The notes under the pieces: generated by a model | Told to the model about the DNA's origin: nothing | The model's input: the letters and a program-made list of their open reading frames with translations, nothing else | Databases searched by the model: none | Translations under genes and position numbers: made by a program | Origin: Bacteroidales bacterium | GTDB taxonomy: Bacteria > Bacteroidota > Bacteroidia > Bacteroidales > JAFGUD01 | Reading direction: 5' to 3' | Length of the DNA: 64,000 nt | NCBI GenBank assembly: GCA_016936595.1 | Contig: JAFGXO010000171.1 | Span: 1,584 to 65,583 of the forward strand | Part shown: positions 1-8,990 of the stretch, one piece after another | How positions within the stretch are numbered: position 1 is the stretch's first letter | Layout of the letters: each line of letters begins with the position of its first letter

Positions 1-197
1 TATTTTTGAGTATTCCAATTTTTAGCCCCCAAAGGAGTAAAATCATCTCTAAGTACTTTGGTTGTATCCGGATCAACTATTGTATCAAATAAATTTTCCA
101 GATTGTAAAATGCGATGCAACGTACGTTGTATTGTTGGCCGTTAGAAAAAGCAATTAAACCAACTACAAATAATAAAACTACAGTAATTTTTTTCAC
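1..197 (-). CDS. Endonuclease/exonuclease/phosphatase (EEP)-family secreted protein, N-terminal fragment; the gene continues beyond the left window edge
   Basis: Absent from the ORF track because the window edge truncates it. The reverse strand from GTG (195-197) reads VKKITVVLLFVVGLIAFSNGQQYNVRCIAFYNLENLFDTIVDPDTTKVLRDDFTPLGAKNWNTQK without a stop. It has a signal-peptide-like start followed by the AFYNxENLFD opening typical of Bacteroidota EEP proteins. Confidence 0.5.
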   Translation of the reverse strand, partial: MKKITVVLLFVVGLIAFSNGQQYNVRCIAFYNLENLFDTIVDPDTTKVLRDDFTPLGAKNWNTQK

Positions 198-389
198 GAA
201 ATATGATTTAAAAAATAAACAATATATTAGTTACAAATTTAGTAAAAAAAAATCACCTTAAAAAAAAAAGACTGAAAAATAATATTTCAACATCTATAAG
301 TTCCTAAAGAACAAAAAGTTTGCTCTATTGTTGACGTACAACATTTTTATTTGTTACTTAATTTAATATTTTAGCAAAAAACAATTATT

Positions 390-1703
390 ATGAGAAATAC
401 ACCTATAAATTACGAAATAGTTAAGGAAAAAATAAATTCCTCTGGTTTAAAACCGGATATTTCGTCGTCAACAATTAGAGAAATTGTTAGATTAGTTAAC
501 GAAATTCAGGAGGCCACAGGCGAAAAGTATGTTAGAATGGAAATGGGCGTTCCGGGTTTGCCTACTCCCGAAATTTTACTTGAAGCCGGTAAAAATGCAC
601 TAAAAAGCAGTGTAACTTCAAAATATCCAATGATTGAAGGTGATGCTGATTTAAAAAAAGAAACAGCCAAATTCGTTAAACTTTTTATGAATTTAAACGT
701 TGAAGCAAAACATTGTATTCCGGCTGTTGGCTCCATGCAATCGGCTATGGCTTTATTTTTAACTGTAAATAGAACTTGTATCGACAGAAATAAAATTTTA
801 TTCTTAGATCCGGGCTTTCCTGTTCAAAAACAACAATGTCATGTTTTAGGTATAGATTATGAAACATTTGATGTTTATAATTTTAGAGGCGAAAAATTAA
901 AAGACAAAATAGAATCATATCTTAAAACCGGCAATTTTTCAAGTATTATTTTTTCTAACCCTAATAATCCCTCGTGGATTAGTTTTACTGAACGAGAACT
1001 TAAAATTATTGGTGAACTTGCAACAAAATACGAAACTGTTGTTTTAGAAGATTTAGCCTATTTTGGTATGGATTTTAGAAATGATTATTCGGTTCCCGGA
1101 CAAGCTCCTTATCAACCAAGTGTTGCTAATTATACTAATAACTATGTTATAATGCTTTCGAGTTCAAAAGTTTTTAGCTTTGCGGGTCAAAGATTAGGAC
1201 TTATGGTTGTTTCGCCAAATTTATTTGACAAATCTTTTGAAGGCTTACGCCGAAATTTTAAAAAAGACACATTTGGATATGCCTTAATTTACGGTTCTTT
1301 GTACACTTTATCTGCCGGAGTAAATCACTCGTCGCAAAAAGCAATGGCTGAAATGTTAAAACAAGTAAATGAAGGAAATTACAATTTTATTGAAGGAGTT
1401 AAAGAATATGCCGAAAGAGCTAAAACAATGAAACAATTATTTTTAGAAAACGGTTTTAAAATTGTTTATGATAAAGACGAGGATCAACCAATTGCTGACG
1501 GTTTTTATTTTACTTTTTCGTACGACGGACTTAGCGGAGACGAACTTTTAGAAGAATTGCTTTATTACGGTATAAGTGCAATTTCTTTAAAAATAACCGG
1601 AAGCGAACGAACCGAAGGCATGAGAGCTTGTGTTTCGCAGGTATTACCGGAACAATTTAAAACCCTTGAAGAAAGGTTGAAAAGATTTAAAGAAGATCAC
1701 TAA
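390..1703 (+). CDS. Pyridoxal-phosphate-dependent aminotransferase (class I/II fold)
   Basis: 437-aa ORF. It has the PLP-lysine motif LSSSKVFSFAGQRLGLMV (SxSKxxxxxGxRxG) and NPNNPSW upstream, matching class I/II aminotransferase architecture. Confidence 0.85.
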   Translation: MRNTPINYEIVKEKINSSGLKPDISSSTIREIVRLVNEIQEATGEKYVRMEMGVPGLPTPEILLEAGKNALKSSVTSKYPMIEGDADLKKETAKFVKLFMNLNVEAKHCIPAVGSMQSAMALFLTVNRTCIDRNKILFLDPGFPVQKQQCHVLGIDYETFDVYNFRGEKLKDKIESYLKTGNFSSIIFSNPNNPSWISFTERELKIIGELATKYETVVLEDLAYFGMDFRNDYSVPGQAPYQPSVANYTNNYVIMLSSSKVFSFAGQRLGLMVVSPNLFDKSFEGLRRNFKKDTFGYALIYGSLYTLSAGVNHSSQKAMAEMLKQVNEGNYNFIEGVKEYAERAKTMKQLFLENGFKIVYDKDEDQPIADGFYFTFSYDGLSGDELLEELLYYGISAISLKITGSERTEGMRACVSQVLPEQFKTLEERLKRFKEDH

Positions 1704-1713
1704 AAAAACAATA

Positions 1714-1746
1714 ACGCCGATTGATTTTTTCAATTGGCGTTTTTTT
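1714..1746 (+). terminator. Rho-independent terminator after the aminotransferase gene
   Basis: ACGCCGATTG (1714-1723) pairs with CAATTGGCGT (1731-1740), 10 bp with one G-U, loop ATTTTTT, followed by a T6 run. Confidence 0.6.
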
Positions 1747-1892
1747 AATACACTAATTAAAACGTCATAAACTCTAAATAAAAACACTCATAATCATTTT
1801 AAACACACCTTATAATACATTTATTTTAAACATTCCTTGCAAATGTACGTATAGTGTAATAAACATAAAGTAAACAACTTGACACACTTAAT

Positions 1893-2360
1893 ATGAAAAA
1901 ATTAATTTCCTTTGTTATTCTTTTTTTTATGATCATTACCACCTTTGCTCAAGATCCGTTTCAGCTTTATGTTGAAAAAGACACAGATTGGTATCCTACT
2001 ATTTTTCAAAAATACATAGAACAATATGCCGGAATAAAAGTAAATAAATATTTAATTGATGAAAATAATACCGAAACGATAAAAATTGCAATTGAACAAT
2101 TTGACTACACCGAAACAAAAGACTTTGATCAAGCAATTGATGCTGTTCAACACGGACAAAAAGTTTTCTTTTTTATAGAAACATGGGTTTGGGGCGGCCT
2201 TGAATTAGGAACTGTTTTTTCCGGAAGTTGGCAACGTCAAATGCCAATGTGCAGCGGATTTTATATTCATCAAAAAAAATGTTTCCAAAATCAGGGCATA
2301 AATTATCACTGCGGAAAAAAAGATAATGCACACGAAGTTGTATTTATTATTGTGAATTAA
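1893..2360 (+). CDS. Hypothetical secreted protein
   Basis: 155-aa ORF with an N-terminal signal peptide (MKKLISFVILFFMIITTFAQ). No family recognised. Confidence 0.45.
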   Translation: MKKLISFVILFFMIITTFAQDPFQLYVEKDTDWYPTIFQKYIEQYAGIKVNKYLIDENNTETIKIAIEQFDYTETKDFDQAIDAVQHGQKVFFFIETWVWGGLELGTVFSGSWQRQMPMCSGFYIHQKKCFQNQGINYHCGKKDNAHEVVFIIVN

Positions 2361-2492
2361 AGAGAATATAAAACAATACTATCCTGAATGTTTTTTGTAA
2401 TTAGCTTAATTTTAAGTGATTAATGCACCCTAACCCTCTCTGAAAATCGGGACAAGCTATTTTTTAAGGAAGAATTGTAACTCTATAGAAAT

Positions 2493-2533
2493 AAAAAAAC
2501 CGCCTCAAAAACTAATTTTTAGGGCGATTTTTA
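2493..2533. terminator. Bidirectional hairpin terminator between convergent genes
   Basis: AAAAAAACCGCCTCAAAAACTAATTTTTAGGGCGATTTTT is an imperfect GC-anchored stem (CGCC/GGCG plus an A/T extension) flanked by an A-run and a T-run. It lies just downstream of the oxidoreductase gamma-subunit stop (2552). Confidence 0.5.
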
Positions 2534-2551
2534 TATTAAAAATCACACGTT

Positions 2552-3103
2552 TTACAGTTGATTAATATATTTCACCTCTTCCATACCTTTACTAATAGCT
2601 TCTTCATTAATAGGTATCATGTGATGGTGACGTTCGGGCAATGATTTTTTAAGCCCTTTAATTACATTTTCAAATTTTACAATAGGTTTTACTTTTAAGA
2701 ATGCACCTAAAACAACCATGTTTGCAATTTTTGTATTTCCAAGAGCAGCGGCAACGTTTGCAGCCGAAATCATACAAATATTAATATCTTTACGTTCGGG
2801 GTGTCTGATAATTCCGTTATCATCATATAGTAATAGCCCACCGGGTTTTACAGCCTTTTCAAATTTATCCATAGATTGTTGGTTAAGGATAATAGCTGTG
2901 TCAAAAACTGTAAGAATAGGTGAACTAATTCTTTGGTCGCTAACAATAACAGTAACGTTTGCAGTACCGCCTCTCATTTCGGGTCCGTAAGACGGCATCC
3001 ACGATACTTCTTGGTCTTGCATTATTCCGGAGTATGCCAAAATTTTCCCCATAGAAAGAACACCTTGTCCACCAAATCCGGCAATTATTATTTCTTCTGT
3101 CAT
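2552..3103 (-). CDS. 2-oxoacid:ferredoxin oxidoreductase, gamma subunit
   Basis: 183 aa. The N-terminus IIIAGFGGQGVLSMGKILA and PSYGPEMRGGTANVTV are hallmark motifs of the gamma subunit (POR/KOR family). It is the last gene of the delta-alpha-beta-gamma cluster. Confidence 0.9.
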   Translation of the reverse strand: MTEEIIIAGFGGQGVLSMGKILAYSGIMQDQEVSWMPSYGPEMRGGTANVTVIVSDQRISSPILTVFDTAIILNQQSMDKFEKAVKPGGLLLYDDNGIIRHPERKDINICMISAANVAAALGNTKIANMVVLGAFLKVKPIVKFENVIKGLKKSLPERHHHMIPINEEAISKGMEEVKYINQL

Positions 3104-3118
3104 TTTTTTAAATTTTAA

Positions 3119-3208
3119 TTAAGTTTTTAAAGTTTTAAAGTTTTTAAAGTTTTTAAAGTCTGCTGAAAGTTAATTTTCTTTCAACAATATAACTTTAAAC
3201 TTTAAACT
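3119..3208. repeat. Short tandem (AGTTTTTAA x4) and inverted (AACTTTAAACTTTAAACT) repeats in the beta-gamma intergenic spacer
   Basis: Read directly: AAGTTTTTAAAGTTTTAAAGTTTTTAAAGTTTTTAAAGTC, then hairpin TGAAAG-TTAATTTT-CTTTCA, then AACTTTAAACTTTAAACT, which is the approximate reverse complement of the left repeats. Confidence 0.7.
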
Positions 3209-3210
3209 CA

Positions 3211-3990
3211 TTAATCAAGAGGATCTTCTTTTAGAGTTCCAAGATTATAGTATGGTAACATATTATCTTCAAGCCATTTAATAGATTGAAGAGGTGTTAA
3301 TTTCCAACCAGAATTACAGTTAGAAACTATTTCGACAAAAGCAGTTCCTTTTTTTGCTTTTTGATATTCAAAAGCTTTACGAATTGCTTTTTTAGTTTTA
3401 CGCACTAAAACCGGAGTGTGCACGGCATGACGAGCCACAAAACAAGTTCCGTCTAATTGAGCCACAAGCTCAGTCATTTTAAGCGGATTTCCCATCATTT
3501 GTGTATCTCTTCCATAAGGAGAAGTTGAGGTTTTCATTGCAGGAATAGTAGTAGGAGCCATTTGACCACCTGTCATACCATAAATTCCGTTGTTAATAAA
3601 AATAATTACAATGTTTTCGCCTCTGTTACAAGTATGTATTGTTTCGCCTGTACCAATAGCAGCCAAATCGCCATCGCCTTGATAAGTGAAAACAAATTTT
3701 TCGGGATATACTCGTTTTATTCCGGTAGCCATAGCAGTTGCACGTCCGTGAGCCGCTTCGGCCATATCGATATTCATAAATTCGTAAGACAATACAGAGC
3801 AACCAACCGGAGCAACTCCAATTACATTGTCGGTAATATTCATTTCTTCAATAACTTCGAGTACAAGCCTGTGTGCAACACCATGACCACAACCGGGGCA
3901 ATAGCTCAATGGTTTATCGGTAAAAAGAGGTGTTTTAGAAAAAACCTTATTCTCTTCTTTTATTATATCTTCAAGTTTTAATTCTGCCAT
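3211..3990 (-). CDS. 2-oxoacid:ferredoxin oxidoreductase, beta (TPP-binding) subunit
   Basis: 259 aa. It has an N-terminal CPGCGHG motif and the TPP-binding YQGDGDLAAIG...NNGIYGMTGGQ motif. Confidence 0.92.
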   Translation of the reverse strand: MAELKLEDIIKEENKVFSKTPLFTDKPLSYCPGCGHGVAHRLVLEVIEEMNITDNVIGVAPVGCSVLSYEFMNIDMAEAAHGRATAMATGIKRVYPEKFVFTYQGDGDLAAIGTGETIHTCNRGENIVIIFINNGIYGMTGGQMAPTTIPAMKTSTSPYGRDTQMMGNPLKMTELVAQLDGTCFVARHAVHTPVLVRKTKKAIRKAFEYQKAKKGTAFVEIVSNCNSGWKLTPLQSIKWLEDNMLPYYNLGTLKEDPLD

Positions 3991-3994
3991 ATTA

Positions 3995-5080
3995 TTATCC
4001 TCCTATAATTTTAGTTTTTAAAGCGTCAACAATTTCTTCGGGTGTAGGAATCATTCCACCTACCCTGCCGTAATGTTCAACGGGTACTTTAAATTCAGTT
4101 GCAAGTCTAACGTCTTCAACCATTTGTCCCAAGCTCATTTCAACAGTTAAAACTCCCTTTAATTGAGGCACCATTTCCATAATTTCTTTGTAAGGGAAAG
4201 GATATAAAGTTATAGGACGAAAAAGCCCAACTTTTAAGCCTTGTTCGCGAGCAATAGCAATTGATTTTTGGCAAATACGAGAACTTGAACCATAAGCTAC
4301 AAAAATATAATCGGCATCGTCGCACATTATTTTTTCGTATTTCACCTCAGTTTGTTCAATAATTTTATACTTTGCTTCTAATTTATGGTTAAATTTTTCT
4401 TGACGTTCAGGAACCAAATCAAGCGAAGTAATAACGTTATGTTCTCGTCCAGGAGTACGTCCTGTTAAAGCCCAATCGTCGTATTTATCTTTAATTTCTT
4501 GGTTTGTTAAACGCGGCATTTGTTCAAATAATTCAACTTTTTCCATCATCTGACCAATTACACCATCGCTCTGAATCATTACAGGATTGCGATATTTATA
4601 GGCTAAATCAAAAGCCCAAGGTACAAAATCCACCATTTCTTGAACAGATGACGGAGCTAAAACGATTAAATGATAATCGCCGTGTCCGCCGCCTTTTGTT
4701 GATTGAAAATAATCAGCCTGCGAAGGTTGAATAGTTCCTAATCCGGGTCCTCCTCTTACTACGTTAACAACAACGCAAGGCACCTCTGAGCCGGCAATGT
4801 ATGATAATCCTTCTTGCATAAGACTAACGCCGGGGCTTGAAGAAGTTGTTACCGTTTTTTTTCCGGTACAAGCAGCACCGTAAACCATATTTATTGCAGC
4901 AACTTCGCTTTCGGCCTGAAGAACAACCATTCCTGTTCGTTTATGAGGTTCTTCAGACATTAAATATTCAATAATCTCTGATTGAGGGGTAATAGGATAA
5001 CCGAAATAACCATCAACACCGGCTCTTATAAATGCTTCGGCGATGGCTTCATTTCCTTTCATTAATTTTATTTCTCCCAT
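3995..5080 (-). CDS. 2-oxoacid:ferredoxin oxidoreductase, alpha subunit (KorA/VorB-like)
   Basis: 361 aa. MKGNEAIAEAFIRAGVDGYFGYPITPQSEI is the typical alpha-subunit N-terminus. There is a 4-nt gap to the beta subunit. Confidence 0.92.
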   Translation of the reverse strand: MGEIKLMKGNEAIAEAFIRAGVDGYFGYPITPQSEIIEYLMSEEPHKRTGMVVLQAESEVAAINMVYGAACTGKKTVTTSSSPGVSLMQEGLSYIAGSEVPCVVVNVVRGGPGLGTIQPSQADYFQSTKGGGHGDYHLIVLAPSSVQEMVDFVPWAFDLAYKYRNPVMIQSDGVIGQMMEKVELFEQMPRLTNQEIKDKYDDWALTGRTPGREHNVITSLDLVPERQEKFNHKLEAKYKIIEQTEVKYEKIMCDDADYIFVAYGSSSRICQKSIAIAREQGLKVGLFRPITLYPFPYKEIMEMVPQLKGVLTVEMSLGQMVEDVRLATEFKVPVEHYGRVGGMIPTPEEIVDALKTKIIGG

Positions 5081-5114
5081 TATGTGATTTTTTTTTCTGA
5101 TTAAATAATTTTGC

Positions 5115-5345
5115 CTAAGATGGCTCTTTAACTCTGTAAACAGTTATTACTGTGTCCGGACATACAGTTGCACAATTCATACAACCAGTACAGGCTTCCG
5201 GGTTTGCCATGTAAGAGTAATGATACCCTTTTACATTTACCTTTTCGTGCATCGCCAAAACATTTGTAGGACACACCGCTGTGCATAACTCACAACCTTT
5301 GCATCTATCAATGTTTACGACAACCGCGCCTCTAACTTTTGCCAT
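5115..5345 (-). CDS. 4Fe-4S dicluster ferredoxin, delta subunit of the oxidoreductase
   Basis: 76 aa with two CxxCxxCxxxCP motifs (CKGCELCTAVCP and CTGCMNCATVCP). It is the first gene of the operon. Confidence 0.9.
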   Translation of the reverse strand: MAKVRGAVVVNIDRCKGCELCTAVCPTNVLAMHEKVNVKGYHYSYMANPEACTGCMNCATVCPDTVITVYRVKEPS

Positions 5346-5827
5346 AATTATTTTTTTATATTATTTATAATTATAAAAACCAATAAAAATACTGTGTTTT
5401 TAGCTTTTACTCTTTGAATGTTCCAAAATTATAAAAAAATTTGTATCTGAATTATGTTTTATAACAGAGTTAATTTTAAAAAATATTGATCTGTCTTATT
5501 TCGTCTTTTTTTTGTTGCCTATACATCAATTTATCTTATTTTAAAATAATAATCTATTTTGTTTTAATTTATGCTGCAGTAATTATACTAAAAAAATTAA
5601 GCCTTATTTTTTAAATTAACACTTGGTTATATTGCTAATTTTAGTAGTAAAAGCAAACTTTTTAAATTTATATACAACTATAAATCAATCAATTATTAGA
5701 TATCATCACAAAATCAATTAAACAAATACTCTTTAAAATGTTTTAACTACAATATTTTATGCAGAAAAAAAATTACGAAAAAATTAATTTCTAAAATTAA
5801 AAATAATTGTTAATTTTGAAAGAAAAA

Positions 5828-6001
5828 ATGAGTTCATTTATTTTAAAACATGAGCAAAACACATTTGAAAAAAAGGGTTGGAAAGGCTTGGCAATTTTTA
5901 CGCTTATTTTAAGAATGTTGTTCGGAATTGTTACATTTATTTTTACTATCACTGTTTTTAGTGAGGAAGTTAAAAATTTGAAAAAATATTTAAAAAAATG
6001 A
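5828..6001 (+). CDS. Possible small single-pass membrane protein (hypothetical)
   Basis: A 57-aa reading frame from ATG 5828 with one hydrophobic helix (GLAIFTLILRMLFGIVTFIFTITVF). It lies in an otherwise ORF-free AT-rich region and has no family support. Confidence 0.2.
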   Translation: MSSFILKHEQNTFEKKGWKGLAIFTLILRMLFGIVTFIFTITVFSEEVKNLKKYLKK

Positions 6002-6076
6002 AGCCCTGATTAGGGATTTTATAGTCAACGTAAGATAATACTTTATATCACAAAAAAAGATTAAATATTTTTAAAG

Positions 6077-6448
6077 ATGAAAAAACAATTTTTAGGTTTA
6101 CGTACTGTTGTTTATTTTGTGCCTAATTTAAAAGAAGCTAAAAAATGGTATTCTAAAATTTTTGAAACGGCTCCTTATTTTGACGAAGCTTATTATGTAG
6201 GGTTTAATATTGCCGGCTACGAATTGGGTTTACTACCCGAAGAAAAACCTATAACTGATAAAACAAACAGTGTAGTAACATATTGGGGGGTTGAAGATAT
6301 TAATTTTTCTTATGATTTTATGTTAAAAAATGGTGCTATTGAAGTTGAAAAACCAACTAACGTAGGAGGAGAATTAATGACAGCTTCAGTAAAAGATCCG
6401 TGGGGTAATGAAATTGGAATTATTTACAACCCTCACTTTAAAGTTTAA
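6077..6448 (+). CDS. VOC-family (glyoxalase/bleomycin-resistance fold) protein
   Basis: 123 aa. It matches the VOC pattern in size and in LRTVVYFVPNLKEAKKWY...GFNIAGYELGL...VKDPWGNEIGII. Confidence 0.7.
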   Translation: MKKQFLGLRTVVYFVPNLKEAKKWYSKIFETAPYFDEAYYVGFNIAGYELGLLPEEKPITDKTNSVVTYWGVEDINFSYDFMLKNGAIEVEKPTNVGGELMTASVKDPWGNEIGIIYNPHFKV

Positions 6449-6464
6449 TTAAATTCTATTTTTA

Positions 6465-7169
6465 CTACATATTTTGGAATTGTTGTCCCCACTCTAATCT
6501 TTTTTTCCGCACTTCGTAAGCTGTTAAAGGTCTGAGTTTTATCAACAAATCGTATGCTTCTTGTAAGTCGTATCCTAAAAACACAAGTAAAGCATAAGTA
6601 ATCATACCGGTTCGGTGTAAGCCGGCAGAACAATGTATATATATTTTATTGCCGGCTGTTAATTCGGATTTAATAATGTTGAATGTTTTTAAAATCAGGG
6701 GTAATAATTCCTTAGAAGGAGGATTTCCATTTTCGAGAGGTAGCCATAACCAATTTATTGACAAAGATTGAAATTCTTGTCCGATTTTTGATGCTCCTTC
6801 TCGTTCAGACAGCAAACTTAAAGCAGTATTAGTTCCTTCGTTTTTTAATGTGTTAAATGTTCCGTTTTTTTTTCCGGGAAGATGCCCGATTTTTAAAAAG
6901 CCTTTATAAATTTTAACCCAATAACTATTTTTATCTGTAATTAGTGGACGTTGCACCAACTTAATTCTCGGTTTTTTTATATCAGGTGCAAAAGTTTTTT
7001 TAAATTTAAATAATTGTCCAATTAGAGGTGCTAATTTTTCTCGTTGAGACGTGTTATTGCTAATTATTTCGCGAAGTTCTTCAATTAAGGCGTCAATTTT
7101 AGCTAAATCCACAACATCATCGAGCTGAATCTTTTTTACTTTTTCAAAAATATCAACCTCATGTTTCAT
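6465..7169 (-). CDS. Cys-based protein phosphatase (dual-specificity / PTP-like, CX5R)
   Basis: 234 aa. The active-site P-loop IHCSAGLHRTG (HCxxGxxR[ST]) lies in the C-terminal half. The N-terminal ~90 aa are unassigned. Confidence 0.8.
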   Translation of the reverse strand: MKHEVDIFEKVKKIQLDDVVDLAKIDALIEELREIISNNTSQREKLAPLIGQLFKFKKTFAPDIKKPRIKLVQRPLITDKNSYWVKIYKGFLKIGHLPGKKNGTFNTLKNEGTNTALSLLSEREGASKIGQEFQSLSINWLWLPLENGNPPSKELLPLILKTFNIIKSELTAGNKIYIHCSAGLHRTGMITYALLVFLGYDLQEAYDLLIKLRPLTAYEVRKKRLEWGQQFQNM

Positions 7170-7211
7170 TTTACTTTTTTTACAAAAAAATAGTTTACTC
7201 AGCTCTTAAAA

Positions 7212-7742
7212 CTACAAGTCTAAGATATAATTTTCGTTATTCAAATCATTGATGTAATTTTGGATAAAATTTGTGAAAGAATTAGCAACGAGTGAACGTT
7301 TTGGACTGTCGTGCAACACACGAATAACTTGTCCATAAATACCGTCGGTATCCGGATCTAAATCAATACAATAATGATTTCCGTAGCCATCGTAAGTAAA
7401 GGGTATCCACATTGGATTCCACCAATTATTTTTTATGCCTTTATCGGGGTTAGAATTTAATTGTTCAAATTTTTTATTATCAAACAATTGTTTCCATATT
7501 TTCCATTCAGCAACAATACGATTTAACGACAAAAGTTCCTCACCATAAATAATATTATCGGTCATTTCGTCTTGACCATTATGAATCATATAAAATTCAA
7601 TAAAATCATCAGGAAATTTTACTTTTAATTTTGCTTCGGCATCGGTTATTTCGTGTTCGCCGGCGGCATAGTTAAAAGTTTCTTCTAAATCAACATCATA
7701 TTGATAAAGTTCATTAAAAAGTTGATCCCATAAGTTTTTCAT
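7212..7742 (-). CDS. SMI1/KNR4 (SUKH-1) family protein
   Basis: 176 aa. AEAKLKVKFPDDFIEFYMIHNGQ...WIPFTYDGYGNHYCIDLDPD...GQVIRVLHDSP is the characteristic SUKH-1 pattern. Confidence 0.85.
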   Translation of the reverse strand: MKNLWDQLFNELYQYDVDLEETFNYAAGEHEITDAEAKLKVKFPDDFIEFYMIHNGQDEMTDNIIYGEELLSLNRIVAEWKIWKQLFDNKKFEQLNSNPDKGIKNNWWNPMWIPFTYDGYGNHYCIDLDPDTDGIYGQVIRVLHDSPKRSLVANSFTNFIQNYINDLNNENYILDL

Positions 7743-7864
7743 AACATAAAATTTAAGTTCTGTAAATGTCGAATATAGCTATAACTGCATGAAAATCAGA
7801 GCCAAAACACATACAGGAGTTTTACAAAAAGGAGCACAATATAAATATTTTTTAAAAAATTTAA

Positions 7865-8989
7865 TTAAATTATTTTTTCAAGATAAGAACTTGTTCCGGT
7901 TTTTAATATTTCTTGGATTACTTTAGCCGTAACATCACCTATTCCGTTAATGCTTGCAATTTGTTTTGGTTGAAGAAATTGTATGTTTTGTTCTATTTTA
8001 GATATTTGATAAGCTGCGTAGCCATATGGATTTTTATGTCCTCGTAATTTTAACAAGTAATCTAAATGCTCAAGAATAACCACAACTAAATCATTTTTAG
8101 AAACAAAACGATAGTATAATTTAGGAGGAATTCGCTTTGGAATTTTAAGATTTGTTGCAATTTTATCAAACAAATAATGAGCAGATTGGTTATAATCTTG
8201 GTGAGCTTCGCCCCATTTACTATTATGTTCGTAAATAATATCAAACTGAGTTGTTAAATCGGAAAAATGTTTATTTATTACGTTCATAAAATAATCTTTT
8301 TGTCGCCCCGGTTTAAGTGTCATTGTTCCAAAAATTACAAAGTCAATACCTACCTCTTTTCCTCTCCGAAGAGTTTCTTCCACCATTTTAGGACTGTCTG
8401 TAATAAATGGGATTAACGGCATTAAAAACATACCAACCGAAATACCGTTTTGTTTAAGCTTTTTAATTAATGTAAATCGTTCAGAAGGGCTTGCTACACC
8501 AGGCTCAAAAATTTTGCTGATATTATCGCTTGCCGACGAAAAACTAAAGCTAACAATTGCTCTGCTTTGATTGTTTATTTTTTTAATGATGTCAATATCT
8601 CGCTCTACGAGAGTTGATTTTGTTAAAATATGTACGGGATATTTGTATTTGTACAAGAGTTCTAATGTTTTACGTGCAAGTTCATATTTTTTTTCTGCCG
8701 GTTGATACGAATCACTAACTCCACCGCCAAGCATCATAAAACTTCGGGGCATGGGTTTTCTCTTTCGTGCCGGATCTAATTCTTTTTGCAAAATTTCAAT
8801 TGCATTTGTTTTTATAGAAATATCTCTGCCAAAATCTCCTTCTACGTAATAACCTTCGGCTCTGCCATCACAATAGGCACAATTATGTGAACAGCCTCTA
8901 TATAAATTTAGCCCGTAATGTGTTAAAAACCAACTTTCAATTTTTTTATTTTTTCTTAGAATTGTTTTTGCTTGTGTTTCGGTTATCAT
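7865..8989 (-). CDS. Radical SAM protein (SPL/PA0069-like) with a C-terminal helix-hairpin-helix
   Basis: 374 aa. It has the CxxxCxxC cluster motif CSHNCAYCDG near the N-terminus and a C-terminal IASINGIGDVTAKVIQEIL HhH-like motif. Confidence 0.8.
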   Translation of the reverse strand: MITETQAKTILRKNKKIESWFLTHYGLNLYRGCSHNCAYCDGRAEGYYVEGDFGRDISIKTNAIEILQKELDPARKRKPMPRSFMMLGGGVSDSYQPAEKKYELARKTLELLYKYKYPVHILTKSTLVERDIDIIKKINNQSRAIVSFSFSSASDNISKIFEPGVASPSERFTLIKKLKQNGISVGMFLMPLIPFITDSPKMVEETLRRGKEVGIDFVIFGTMTLKPGRQKDYFMNVINKHFSDLTTQFDIIYEHNSKWGEAHQDYNQSAHYLFDKIATNLKIPKRIPPKLYYRFVSKNDLVVVILEHLDYLLKLRGHKNPYGYAAYQISKIEQNIQFLQPKQIASINGIGDVTAKVIQEILKTGTSSYLEKII

Positions 8990-8990
8990 C

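Noticed and set aside
3562-3981. 139-aa plus-strand ORF
   Set aside because: It is antisense to the TPP-binding beta-subunit gene and contains no recognisable motif.
5346-5806. ncRNA, riboswitch or promoter in the 460-bp AT-rich region upstream of the oxidoreductase operon
   Set aside because: There are no stable stems or conserved cores. One CAAAnnTA (-7-like, 5424-5431, minus strand) lacks a properly spaced -33 TTTG, so no promoter is called.
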